A DNA stretch of 64,000 nucleotides from positions 48,734,001 through 48,798,000 of the forward strand of contig OZ076409.1 in NCBI GenBank assembly GCA_964187785.1. Reading direction: 5' to 3'. Position 1 is the first letter of the stretch, and every line of letters begins with the position of its first letter. The position numbers were made by a program, and so were the translations under genes. Shown piece by piece: positions 14,041-30,702 of the stretch. This DNA comes from Amphiscolops sp. MND2022 (lineage: Eukaryota). Under the pieces are notes generated by a model, which saw only the letters and a program-made list of their open reading frames with translations, was not told the origin of the DNA and ran no database searches.

Positions 14041-16970
14041 TTAATTGCACTGGGGCCGTATAGACCTTGAGTCTAATACGGTGAAATTAAACGTAATAAG
14101 AATAATAACAAAATACATGCAGTTTATATTACTTTTTGGTCCTTGGCAGTCTTCAAATGGGGAGTACTCCTGGAGGAGGAATAGAGTTGTCTCCTTCCAA
14201 TGTGATTTGGTAAAGATTGCCGTCACAGGCGGCAGCCTGCGACACATAAGATTTGTTATATTTGGATCATCTGATGGGAGATAACGGTCTTCATCAGTTG
14301 GTGTAATAGGAATAGAAAATGTGAAACATGTATTTAGGTAAACGAAGATTATATGAGTTATGAAAAGTGAAAGATTTGTGTTAAAAGGACGTGGTATATT
14401 TGAGACCAGAAAAAAGGGTTGTAGAAAACAATTTTGCCATAAGCTAAAGTATGTAGTTCTGGATCACGATTAAAATCAACTAAAATTACTTCAAAAGGAG
14501 CAGGAGTTGTTTTGTGTTCTATCTTTGCAACGTGAAATATAGGAAGAGGATTAAGACCTTGAAATTTGACTCTAACATCGAACTTTAATTCTAAGTTAGG
14601 CGTTTGGAGACGTTTAAGTTCGGTTTCTTTTCTTTTAGTAGAAAGATAATTGTTTGTAGTAATAAATCGTTCTGCAAGGATAGGAAATCGAGGATCGTTT
14701 CGGGGGTTATATATAGTGGTTTCGTCTACACGTATAGGATAATCAGCAAAGTTGGGAGTGGGTGGTCTTGATTGATCATATGTAAAATATTCAGGGATTC
14801 TTACGTGAGGAGCAACAGGTGTAAGTACTAAAACTCCAGAGAAGAGATTGCCAGATAAATATGCAGTTTGAACGTCAGAAGAAAGTAATGAGGCTGTGTC
14901 TAGTCCGGAGGTAAGGTAAGATTGTGGGGCAAAGTCTGAAGAATGTACAGTATCGGAGGATATAGGTTGAGCGTGTTGTCTAAGGAGACGAAGTGCAGAG
15001 TTGCTTGATAGTGCTGAAAAATTGAGTGTCGATGAATCAGTAGCACGCAGGGAGACGTCGATTTGGAAGCGGTCTAAGATTGTATCTATGTTGAGGTATA
15101 ATATCAGAACTAGAAGTGTCCGATTGTGGTTGATACTCTGAGGCAGAGTCTAACAAGTTAGTAAGAGAAGTAGAAGGATGTCGTAGTGGTTTTAAAGGAG
15201 GATAGAGTTGGGACGGGCTAGAAGATTCAGATGGTAAGTGTATTGAAGGTAGAGGAGTGTATTCAATATCAGGTATTTGTACTATATCTAATTTGGATGG
15301 AAGGTTGGGTGAAACACGAGCAGTTTTAATGGCGGTTGGTTGTTTATAATTAACAAGGTGTGCTACAGTATGAGGGTGTGGTATGTGAATTATATGTGTA
15401 TGAATTGATGGTTGAGATCTAGAACGAGGGGTATATGGTATTTCAGGAATAGGTGGTCTACTAATATGAGTAGATGTTATGTGAGAAGATGGTGTAGGTG
15501 AAGTAGTTATAATGTGAAATCTTGGTCTTTTTGAAGGAGTTACAGGAGTTACATTACTAGTTGTAGTAGTATTTGAAACTGAGGATTCAGATGAAGAAGA
15601 TATACTAGGCGCAGAAGGAGATGTTTCAGATGAGGAATCCAGGTTGGTAGTCCGGTTCAGTGAAACAAGATTTCGATTATTTTATGTGACTAGTTGAAGC
15701 AATGGCTGAAAGAGTGAATGAATTGTTCAAAGTTTGGATGGTGGTATAAAAATACGGTAATCCATTTTTGGTTGTTGTCTTAATTTGTAATGAGTTTTGG
15801 TATCTCTATTATTTGTAATAGATGATGGTGATTGGTTTGGAGATGGGTGACGGGTTCTGTCAAAGGAGTGATTAGTACCAGGAGGTTGAAGAATTGGTCG
15901 AGAGGGCAAATTAGTATTTGAAGGAAGATTAGTATTTGATGGAGTTTGTGTAAAAAAGGTCATTTGGTGACAAGGTTTGGTCATCATCTGGTTCAGATAG
16001 ATCATCAGAAAAGGATTCATCGGAATTAAAAGGTGAGGAGTCGCTATTAGCATATTGAATGGGTTTTGGAATGTTATAAGTAATTGAATCAGAAAAACGC
16101 ATGAAATTACGGAGGTGCGGATATAAGAGTGGTTCTTTTGGACAATAAGGTATTAAATGATTCCTATGTACGTGGGATGTAGAACCATCTTGTGCAAGAA
16201 GTTCATATGTAACATCGGCAATTCTGTCAAGATATTTGTATGGACCAATCCGAAGAAGTTTAAGTTTGTCAGAAAAATGAACATGTGCAAAATGACGTTT
16301 GAGTACAAAAGTGCCAATAGGAAGTGGTTTGCCTTCATGATAAGTTTTAGTTATGTAAGCGTGAGAATTTATTTTTTAAGAGTATAGTAATATACAGTAG
16401 AATAAATTTGTAGGATTGAAGTTTCTACAGCGAGAAACCATTGTGGAATAGGTTTTGAAAGAGTTTTATAAAAGAATGGATTTAAGTCCGTTTTGTCATA
16501 GTGTGAATGTTCTGGAAGTTGTGAACAATATTGGGAGATACAGGTTTTTGAACTGTTACGAATAAGTTTGAGATCAAATGTAAGTGGGATTCTGGGTCTT
16601 GTGTGAAACACTATTTCATATGGAGAAACATTGAGTTCTGAAAAAGGTTGTGAATGGTGTGCATAAGCTTACATGTGGACTTAAAAAGCCCAGTCTTGAG
16701 GGGTGTTATGAAGGAACAAAAGAAGATGTGTATCAAGATCTCTGTTTTGTACTTCAACAAGGCCATTTGTCCAAGGAGAATAGGCCGTTCTGGGAGAGTG
16801 CCTAATTCCCATTAGTGTAGAAAGGTGGCCCATGTCTTAATTGATATATTCAGAGCCACGATCAGTGACAAGGTAAATAGTTGGGCCATATTTGGTAATC
16901 CAATGGTGTAGTAAAGTTTAAACTGCAGTTTTGGCATTGTTCGATTTGATTGGGACAGTAACAACAAAGT
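14041..16970 (-). mobile_element. Second Gypsy-like remnant: integrase core and C-terminus plus a downstream Ser/Pro-rich decayed ORF; truncated at 16970
   Basis: Minus-strand translation FVVTVPIKSNNAKTAV..YLVTDRGSEY..RTAYSPWTNGLVE..SPYEIVFHTRPRIP with many stops; coding sequence ends abruptly at the TIR at 16971. Confidence 0.8.
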
Positions 16971-17690
16971 CATTACGATACACGTACCGGTAAGCTGCAT
17001 TTCAGTCAAGCAGCGTAATCTGTGTAATCCGTAAAATGGTCATTCAGCGTAAGTTAGTCAAGACGGTCTATGCTTCAACGGTGTAGCTGTGTCAACGCGC
17101 GTAATGGAAAATAGTGTAAGCTAGTCAAAACACGTAGTTAGTGAAAAGTGGAAGTTAGTCCAAAAATACTCTTTTTCGTAATTCAGTCAAAACTTTGACT
17201 AACTTCCGCTTTTTGCAAATTGCATATCGCTATACTTGCAATAAGTGGAAGTTAGTCAAAGTTTTGACAAACTTACACCATGTTTATATGCATTCAAAAC
17301 TCAGTGTTCATTTTAATTCCAATTCATACCACAGCATCGTAAACCAGTCAAAGTAAACAACGATTCAATAAATAATTAGTTATCATTACTGAGCTCCACC
17401 GTGCATAGTACGTATAAACTGCATTCAATGCAAGTTGCACACGTGAACACGTGTGTTTCATCCACGCATTTACGTGCAAATAAAATACCTTGTAGCTTCT
17501 AATTAGTACAATTGATTGATCTGTCAACGATCTGTTTCCTATTTTAAAACATAATTTCAAAGCAGCCCTCATTAATAGTTGCCTAACTATTTTTAATTTT
17601 GGTCCCTGTCGTGAGCACAGTCACCGGAATGATTGGATAACTTGTTATTTTGGTCTGGGTATTTTGAGCCAGGGTATTGGCAAGGATCTA

Positions 17691-17917
17691 TTTTGATCCC
17701 TGTCGTGAGCAACATCAAGAAAAAAATTGTAACAAATAGTCTATACGAAGTTGAAACTTTATCAAACCGAAAACAGTAGTTTATGGAATACCGATCTTGA
17801 ATTATTGAACTAAAAACGAAGTTTGGACCATGTGCCTTATTCTCCCTCAGATAAATACTGTTTCTTATCCAACAACATCCCCCCATCCAAGTCTTCCCAA
17901 ACAAGTGAAAGTAGGTC
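17691..17917 (+). repeat. ~226-bp direct repeat, copy 1 (copy 2 at 50517-50741; partial copy at 47147-47197)
   Basis: ORF-track peptides 17593-17919 and 50486-50767 are near-identical; DNA compared by eye. Confidence 0.93.
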
Positions 17918-18928
17918 ACTATTCCAATATGAGATCCAAATGTGCCTCACCCCCCTTAGATAAAAACCGTTTCTTAATTGCTTGTTGTTAATTAATTGCT
18001 TAGTCAAATAAATGAATGGTTTTTTAAAGAAGTAAAGAAGTAAATTCAATTGGTCAAATGGAAAAGAGAATGAGAGAATTGATTTCAAAAATTGAATTAC
18101 TTTGTATCATGGTTAAGCATTAAAAGCATTGAATAACGCCACGTGACATATACGTCACGTTACATATACGGTACATGTATGTTTTAAAAGTTTATGAATG
18201 TGTGCAAAGCAGCGGCAAAATGGGGATGTTGGCGCGGTCGATAAGTCCGTGGGATGTGACTGTTGGTACCACAGGATCGATCCCAGCCATTATCACACTG
18301 GCTAGGTGAATCGATGCACACAACTCTGACAAAGATTTCCTCCATATTTGGCGTCTCATTTCGCAGAATATTCCACATTGAAGGTATCAACACCGCTGAA
18401 ACATCCTTTTTGATGAGAGGAACTCCAAGGTGTGTCCTTGTTCTGTGCCGCAACTTGCGCAAGTTGAACTTTGTGTCCCCCGACTTTTTGTGACCAGACC
18501 TTGGTAAGTAATGATTGCAATGATATTCATACTGAAAATACGTTATCTTTACGGCGTTTGGTTCTAAGTGAACAATTGCAAATTTTGCAATGATTTTTCA
18601 ATAATAAAATTTTGTTTCGAAGACTGAATTCAACTGCAATTTGAAATAATCATTAAGCATAATCATTCAATAAGTATTGCAGTTATATTTCACTGATTTA
18701 TTTATTACCAAGGTTTGGTGGTGACTCAAAGCAAACCACTGAGACAAATTCCCTCCATATTGATTTATCAAAAGACACATGTCTTGTTCCGCTTTCCAAT
18801 CCCACATTGAAGGTATCATCACCGCTGGAACATCCTTGTTGATGAAAGGAATTGTTCAATCCTGGTTCATATCAAATGAAAGTATTCTTCTTTCTTCTTT
18901 CGAAACTCTTGAATGTAAATTCCCTCCA

Positions 18929-19551
18929 TGATCTTTTCTGTTAATCCCCCCCACAGTAAGGGCGGAAATTTTAATTCCCCACCACTATCCAGGGGTGTGA
19001 AATATTGTACTGGTTATTCTATTGTAGCTCACAATAACTTATTTTTATTGCGTGCGCACAAAAACAAATAATTGTTTCAATAACTTGAATTATTTAAAGC
19101 AAACATAAATTATTGATCAACATCATCAACAATTATTGCTTATCAACGACAGAATTTGCGCTTCCACGTTAACTGGGGTCGTTTTCTTGGATAATCGGTA
19201 AAAACGGCACGAACGACACTAAATCGCATTGTATCGATCTGCGCTGTATGCGCGGCGATTCAGACATTAAATTATTGAGCCAATGAAAACAATTATTGTT
19301 GCAATCAAACAAATAATTGCTATTGAATTTTTGCCTAAAAAAATAATTTTATTGTATTTATTGAAAATTATTTATCAATAAATTACTTATTTTACACCCC
19401 TGCCACTATCAGCGATGAGTTTCAGTTGCAGTTAGAGCTATTAAATACTGCAATTTGATTGGTTGTTACTATTAATTCAGTGATAATTTCACTTGACCGC
19501 TTAACTGGGGGGGAAATTAAATTGGTGGGGGGGAATTAACAGAAAAGATCC
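18929..19551. mobile_element. Merlin-like MITE containing a nested hAT MITE
   Basis: TIR (G)GATCTTTTCTGTTAAT.CCCCC; 8-bp TSD TCCCTCCA at 18921-18928 and 19552-19559. Confidence 0.75.
18990..19402. mobile_element. hAT-type MITE
   Basis: TIR CAGGGGTGT; perfect 8-bp TSD CCACTATC at 18982-18989 and 19403-19410. Confidence 0.88.
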
Positions 19552-19824
19552 TCCCTCCATATTAATTCAGCAAAGAGCACGTCTTGTTCCGCTTTCCAAT
19601 GGTACAAAAATCCCACATTGAAGGTATCAACACCGCTGTAACATCCTTGTTGATGAGAGGAACTCTTGAATGTAAACTTCCTTTAAAAGTTTAGACTGGT
19701 CCGATTAACTGTTTAAACTGATTGATTACGCAAAATTAGTGTGAAGAATGTTTGTATCTCAAATTGAGATTCTCAATTCCAAACTCTCACTTTGAAAAAA
19801 ATTAAATTGATGGTTTCTAGTTTG

Positions 19825-20295
19825 GGACCATGTGATCTATGCCCCCCCCAAAAACTGCGGCGGGGGGAAAATAATAAAGTAGGTTCAAATACTAGTTTTA
19901 AGCGAATTAATTATGTCGACATAACATTTTTAAATAGTCAAATACCATTATGTCGACATCGTTGCGTTGAAATTTTAGTCCGATAAAATAATTGATGTCG
20001 ACATAATCATATCTTTTACATTGATTGACAGTTAAAATCAATCATTATTCTTTGAAATGTGCTTCCAAACGGACATGCTTCTTTATTTACAAAACTACGA
20101 ACTTTGCATTCAGCATTTAAAAAATTTGGGTCATTTGCCACGAAGTTTGAATTCACGCGTTTAGTAATATTTGTAAGCATATCAACTTGTTTTATTCATT
20201 CAATAATTAATATACTTGTGAAAAAGCCGTTTTCGTTTGGGGGGGGAATTCCTAACAAGGTGTATATGGGGGGGGGGGAATAGATCACATGGTCC
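19825..20295. mobile_element. Merlin-like MITE inserted in a long palindrome
   Basis: TIR GGACCATGTGATCTAT; perfect 8-bp TSD CTAGTTTG at 19817-19824 and 20296-20303. Confidence 0.85.
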
Positions 20296-22458
20296 CTAGT
20301 TTGTATTCAACTTGAATACAAACTAGAAACCATCAATTTAATTTTTTTCAAAGTGAGAGTTTGGAATTGAGATACAAACATTCTTTTTTTGAAATCATCT
20401 GATCTTTTTTTGATACCTGTCGTGAGTTTCAACAAAAACTGTTCCGAAAAATTATTTTTTCGATTAACTGTACTCTTTTGTACGAAAGAAAGGAAATTAA
20501 AGACAAGATTAAAAAGCCATCAGTTTAACTAAAACTGATGGCTTTTTAATCTTGTCTTTAATTTCCTTTCTTTCGTAAAAGTAACCCGTTTTTTTGAAAA
20601 GTTTTTTTGAAAAGTAACCCGCTTTTGAGTTTTGTAAAAGAACGATTTTCAAAAATCAGGGAAGTTTCCAAAGGTTAGTTCCAAACTGAACGAACTGTTT
20701 CATTCTTTTGTTTACCATTCATCAATCAAATTTTAAGTTGTTACAGCTACACATGGTTTCAAAAAGGATGCGAATAAGTCCTACCTTATAAGGTAACGAA
20801 AGTTTCACTCATCATGAGTGATGATCAGCTCTCATTTCCTTATAAGGTACGCGCTGTTCCATTTCTATGAAAAAGCTACCTTATTACCTTATTTGGTCAA
20901 TACGGTGATTCATCGTTGACGAACAAGCGTGCGCGCACTACCTTATTTGGTCAGTGAGCGCCTGCTTTAAAGTACTTCAAGTTTGATCGCGGTAAAATTC
21001 CAATTAAATTGGCGGTAATCAAATCTTCTCGGAGAGACCAATTTCCCGTATGAGTAGGCATTGTATTTATTTGGAAATTACAGTAGTAGCAGAAGCATAC
21101 AATAAAATATGGATACCGTTTGGTTGATGGCTAGGCAATACGGAAACAAATACGGAAGAAGCGTTGAATATGTGGAAGTAAAAACAGTATTTACTTCTGA
21201 CTCAGAAATAAATACTGTTTTTATTTCCACATATTCAACGCTTCTTCCGTATTCTGAGAAGTACTGAGATTAGTGATTGTTAATCATGTCGCTTCTCAGA
21301 AACATGTCAATTCAGCTAAGTATTGAATAATTTCTATCAAAATAGATATATACTTATGTACGGCGAAATATGGAGAAACATGACATTTATATACAAATGA
21401 ATCCCAAGCCTACTCATGATTGTTCACTATGGATGAATCAAATGAAGATTTTTGGAAATTGGCAGTCAGAATTTGTAACAGACAGCAATATCATTGACTT
21501 GTTGGTAAATATGAACGCCAATGCGAATTCTTAAATTGATGATTGACATTTCTCACCACTGTTACAATACACTTCTGACAGCAGAAAATGGTTCGCAATA
21601 CTAGCCCCGAGAAGAAAAATTTAGCTCCGAAATTTATCATTACTAGAAAAGCAAAACGGTTGACCGTTGAATCCTCTCCCTTTACAGAAGTTTCAACAGT
21701 CTTAGTAGGTAAGATATTGATAGTTTCGTTTCCTTTCCGTAGTATTCAGCTATCTAAAAATTTATTCACTTCACTAAAAGCTTTAAATATAGTATATCTT
21801 CAAACAAACTCCGGTTTCACCCCCTTTGGAAAAACGAATAATTCTTCTATATTGAATCTGAATCAGTTACTAAGGAACTGGATATAAGTTGAGTCGGACA
21901 CTTTTCAAGCGCCCGGCGCCGAATTTTGGTCGCGTTAACCTAAATAAAAAACCGTATGTCCCTCATATTATCGTCACGGTTGTGATTACGCTCACGGCAG
22001 GGACCAAAGTTCAGAAATTTGATTGAGAGTAAAAACATTTATGGTAAACAAAGTACTCAGTAAACAAACAAAATCCTGAACTTTGGTCCCTGTCGTGAGC
22101 GCAATCTTATTAGACAATTCATTAACTTGTCCATAACAACAAACACTGTCTGGCCGACAATAGTTGATAAATTGTTCAATGCGTAAATTTAATGATGAAT
22201 TGTTTAATGATAATTTGTTTAAACTGAGTTGCAACTAATTTTGGTCCCTGGTGTAAGCGCCTGATGTAATAAAACGTTCCTATGACTAAAACGACTCCGA
22301 TGACTTCTGATCAAGGAAAACGCTAATTTGAAAATTCCATTTTGGAATTTTTGTATTTTTGATACGTTTATAAAAAATGCAATAATCATGATCGTAATCA
22401 TTTGAGGATCACACCATTTGAATTTCATATGAAAAGTTACATGACAAATGAATTGAAA

Positions 22459-24203
22459 TTAGGAGCAATGTTCCTTTACGTGCATTCTATAATTTTCCAT
22501 TGTCTTGAAATTCACATTGGATACGAGTGTCGCGTGAACATAAATGTTGCTGTTGAAGTTTAGAGTTGATGTTTTGTCAACTTTGAATTTCAGGGACGTA
22601 ATGACAGCTGTTCCATCCGCAACTTTGTCCCATTCGTTGCCCAATATGTGGTCCCATGCTGATGTTGAAAAAGGGCCGTCGTCTTCTTTTATGGAGAATG
22701 TCACTGGGCCATTTGTGACACCGAACGCGTGAATCGTCACATCAGTGCAAGGGGCAAAATCTTGCTTGATGTCTTTGACTCTGCTGCCTCCACTGAGGGA
22801 ATTCATCAGCAAGTTCTTCAGGTTAGAATATGCCCAATACACTAACGCATGGTCGTCGTATAACGGCGCGCCAGGTGCGTTTTCAACTGCTCCCAGTCTT
22901 TTTTTCCGGAGATAACTTACAGGGACTGTTGCGTTAAAGGAAGGATCGTCCTGTTTTTCGACTTCTACGAGAAGTTTCGTCTTTAAATAGTAAATAGAAT
23001 TAATCTTCCAATCGCAGCCCAAAATTTCAACAATGTCTCCCTTGATGACGACTCCGGTGCTGATGGGGACACAAACTAGTTCTTTTCGTTCAAGTGGGGT
23101 ACTTTTGAAACTCTGGCAAGGTCCACCAATGGTGATGGCCTGGGATGGTATTGCATCAGGATTACCGAATAATTTATCGTAGTCACTATTCCAAAGTTGA
23201 AAAAATATTAGAAAAATGATTGAAAAGTACTACAACTAACCCATTGAACCTATTTTGGTTGGTGATATGCGAATGATAGATATTTTTGCCAAAATTGAGA
23301 ACTCAATTCGCTTCGGAAAAACTGAGGATAAAGCACTTCGGAAACTTTTCCTCGTAGTATTGTCAAAAACATTTATGTATTCTACAAAAAATTCAAATCA
23401 ACTGTACGTGCTTTTTCTCGGGAGGCTGCCAACAACTTGCAACGTTAAACTTGCAATCATTCAACCCTCATAGTCTAGCTAAAAAATAGTTGTACCTCTG
23501 TTAAAAAAATATTGAAGTAGTATTTTTGGTAAGCCTGCTTTACATCAATTTTAGTCTTCTTTTTAGGCATCTTGGCGGGGATCGTGGCCTCTATTCGGCT
23601 GGTCACCAACACGGTCTTTTTGTCGCATCTTGAAGTAACGTGTTCTTCGTCAGATTCATCCGAGGACTCAGAGTCCTCGGGTTCTTCGAATTTCACTTTT
23701 TTGAAAACGGATGCTGCCTTTTGTGACAATTCGCATCGAAGCTGGTAGTATTTGATGGGGACCAAATTCACATTTTCCAGCTGTTCGTCGAAAAAAACGT
23801 TTTCTTCTATTGGTATCACAACTGGCGATATCAACATTTCTTTACGGAAGGGATCGTTTTTCATTACGAAACCTTCTTCGATGTCCCCTATGTGTCGGAC
23901 GCCGTCTTTAGCATGGGCCAGTGTGTAATGAACTTTATCGTTTCTAACACGTTTTTCTTTCATGTAGCCCAGAACATCAAGGCTCAGTGTCAGTTCAACG
24001 CTACGGCTGTAGCTTGGAATTGGCGTTTCGTTCTTTCGGATGGGCCATTTCTCTGGAAAGTCATGAAATTTTGGGGGTGTTCTAACGACTCCTGCTGCAT
24101 GTTTTGAGTTGTAATCCAACCATTTGACTTTCGCCTGGAAACAAAAACTTTTTAAAATGTAACTCATTGAACAAAACAGTAGTGATATTTCTGAAAGCAA
24201 CAA
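22459..24203 (-). CDS. Orphan, probably spliced cargo gene(s) of unknown function
   Basis: ORFs 23475-24203 and 22459-23022 (the latter open upstream to ~23190) are GC-richer than their flanks and protein-like; no family recognised. Confidence 0.45.
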
Positions 24204-25027
24204 ATGGCAAGTCTGAAAATCGAATATCTCAAAAACAGCAGCGATTTCTGAAAAATTATGAGGATGAAAGTTTCTTAGATATTTATATGTTTATTTGAAG
24301 AATATAGGATGAAAATTTAATAGCTCATGAGTTCGGTGAAATTCGGTGACGTAGGCTGATCGCCAAAGTCCACATTCTTCCTCGAAACATTGCAAGAGTT
24401 CTCCGATTTTGAAATTTTTCGAGAATGTCTACATTGTCTGTTTCGCACTCGGTTCAAGACTCGGTACTAGTAGTGGGTTTAAGAGGACTAAATTCAGTGT
24501 CTTTGTAGTGAAATGAGACTAATATTTTGTTGCTTTGGGCAAGCTAAGTTAGCAAAAAGACTTCAACTTGAACTGACTTCAACAAAAAATAGAATAACTT
24601 CAACTTAAACTTGTCACAGCCACAAAACCAAATTGGGTTAAATTGTTCCAGAATAATATGCCGGCCCGCGGGCGTTAATTTGAACCAATGTGGTCAAAAC
24701 TTAGATTTTCGGATAATCAGTTGAATTGCACAATGGAAAAATTAGTCTATTTAATGATGCTATTCATTACTATCCAATTCATAGTAATGAATGATGCCTC
24801 CTATGATGGGGATGACCATCATTACAAGGCCCACTTCATCCAATATTCAATCTTGGTTGAAACCTAAACCACAAAACCAGATTGGGTTAAATTGTTCCAG
24901 AGTATTTTGCCGGCCCGGAGGCGTTAATTTGAACTTGACTTTCGAATAATGATAATTATTAAGTGATTAGATAATGATGCCCCGTCCTGGCTGACTTCAA
25001 GTCACGCTGATAAGTCACGCTTTACGT

Positions 25028-25092
25028 TACGCTGATTGACCATCTTACGCTGCATGACTGAAATCCATTCTACCGGGAAGTGTCTCGTAATT
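25028..25092 (-). repeat. Internal inverted copy of the left transposon end
   Basis: Reverse complement of 25045-25092 matches 16971-17018 at 39/48 positions, plus a further ATGGTCA(A/T)TCAGCGTAA block. The terminal C is changed to A. Confidence 0.8.
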
Positions 25093-25254
25093 ACATCGTA
25101 AAATCGAAAAGGGAATAAGTTTTTGAATTCATCATTTGAAATCAATTCCTCGTCAAGTTCAGACCTCAATTTTATTCAAACTTCTCAACTATATTGTTGC
25201 AACAACCAGTTTACTAATCTCTTGAATTCGAGAATCAAACTGAAATTTTCCAAA

Positions 25255-28751
<3,497 letters not shown>

Positions 28752-30529
28752 AGCTCTGGCCCTTTTAAATTCTGGCCTTTTTATAAAATGGCGCGTTTGT
28801 ACATTTTCTAGAGAATGGCGCTTGTCAATTGTCACTACTACTACTGGCGATATCCAAATACTTGGCGATTATTAATACTACTACTACTGGCGATATTTGA
28901 ATTTTGGCGATTATCAATCAGCTAGCATCAAAGTTTGGAAACGTCTAAGGAATAACGTCTAAAGGTGTTCCGGGAATAACGTCCAGAGTAATAACGTCTG
29001 AAGTTCGATGTTTCAAGATACTCAATAAGCATGACATTGCTTTAGATGTTATTCCCGTTTAGCTTTCAGACGTAATTGCGTAGACGTTCCAGCTTTTCCA
29101 TCAAAATCATGAGGATTCAAATGAAAACGTCCAAGGAATAACGTCTAAATTTGTTCCGTAAATAACGTCTCAAGTGATAACGTCTAAAATTCCATGTTTT
29201 AGAGATATTGAATAAGCATGAAATAGCTTTAGACATTTTTCCGTTTTGCATTAAGACGTTTTTCCTTGGACGTTAAAGCTTCTCCGTCAAAAGCATGAAA
29301 AGGTATCTGAGTAGATTTATTCTGATTGAAAGTGAAGATATAGGAATCATATGAATGGGGGATTAACTGAAATCACTGAATTCTTTTTATTGAATGAAAG
29401 TGGAGAAATGGTAATCACATGAAATGGGAACTAAAATGAAATGGGAGTCACGTGGAAACAATGAATTCTTTTCATTGAATGAAAGTGAAAACTTGGTATG
29501 ACATCAAATGGGAACTGAAAATCATATGAGATAGGAATCAATATGGGAATGGAATCGGAATCAATGAAAACACAATGAATGGTTAACAAACAAAACGAAA
29601 ATCAAATGTATTCTCATCACATGAGTCCAGATAAAACTATTGGGCATCATGGACGTAAATATGAACAATACGCAAACTTGATTTTATTGTAAATTCTAGT
29701 TATCATCTGTGGATCAAACTCAATTCCAGAATTTTTCAAGGTTCCAATGATCTCTTCTCGTGACATACCTTTCTGTACATGATAAAATAACTCTTGGGCC
29801 CGCTTCTCCTTCTCACATGGGTCCCGCTTTCTGTGACTCTTCAGAGATTTAATGAACTGTTCCCGTCGTGTGGGATAATTTGATGACTTCGAATAACTCT
29901 TCGGGTTCTCACCTCCGTCATCTCCGTCAAGTTCCTCATCGTCATCACTGGAGCTCCCTGGATGGAACTCAGAGCCACTGGAGTCTGACTGATTTGTTCG
30001 AGGTCGTTTACTGTATTGTAATTAATTTATAACGCACAGAGAAAAAACTCAAAACTGACGTGAAAAGTCAGAAGAAACAGTTTCTTATTTTGACGTTAAA
30101 AATTCGTAGACATGATTTCAATTTCCAACAAATTTGGCAAACTTAAACAAGAACGTACTCTGATTCGGCTGAAATTGCATTTGCCATGGTCTTAGTTTTA
30201 ATCAAACTCAGTCAACCTCATATTCAAACGGTCGTTTGTATTCATCTAGATTAGCGAAAATATGATCAAAAATTGTCTCATTTTCCAAAAATGTTGGAAA
30301 AATTTTCAACGTGAAGTGTATGGAATAAATTAATTACACAGTAGCTCTCTTTTTACGCAGTGGGACAATTTCATTGGATTCACAGGAGTGGGTAGAAGAC
30401 TTCAGTTCCCGTGGGGTTGAACATATTATTCTTCCTGCATGGCGGTGTTTCCGTTGGGGGTTTCCTGCATCTGAAGACGCAAGAGTTTTATCTTTCGATC
30501 CAGGTGTTCCAAGTTGTAATACATGTTTT

Positions 30530-30702
30530 CCATGCTTGGATCCCGCACTTCCAGACTTCGATGCTGGAGTTCCAACTGGTAATCCAGGACTTGCATGCTT
30601 GGATCCCGCACTTCCAGACTTCGATGCTGGAGTTCCAACTGGTAATCCACGACTTGCATGCTTGGATCCCGCACTTCCAGACTTCGATGCTGGAGTTCCA
30701 AC
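30530..30702. repeat. 60-bp coding tandem repeat, ~3 copies (GLPVGTPASKSGSAGSKHAS)
   Basis: Visible in the DNA and in ORF 30334-31185. Confidence 0.92.

Noticed and set aside
24618..24934. ~66-bp direct repeat with TTAA, possible piggyBac ends
   Set aside because: No inverted partner or transposase found; treated as a local duplication.
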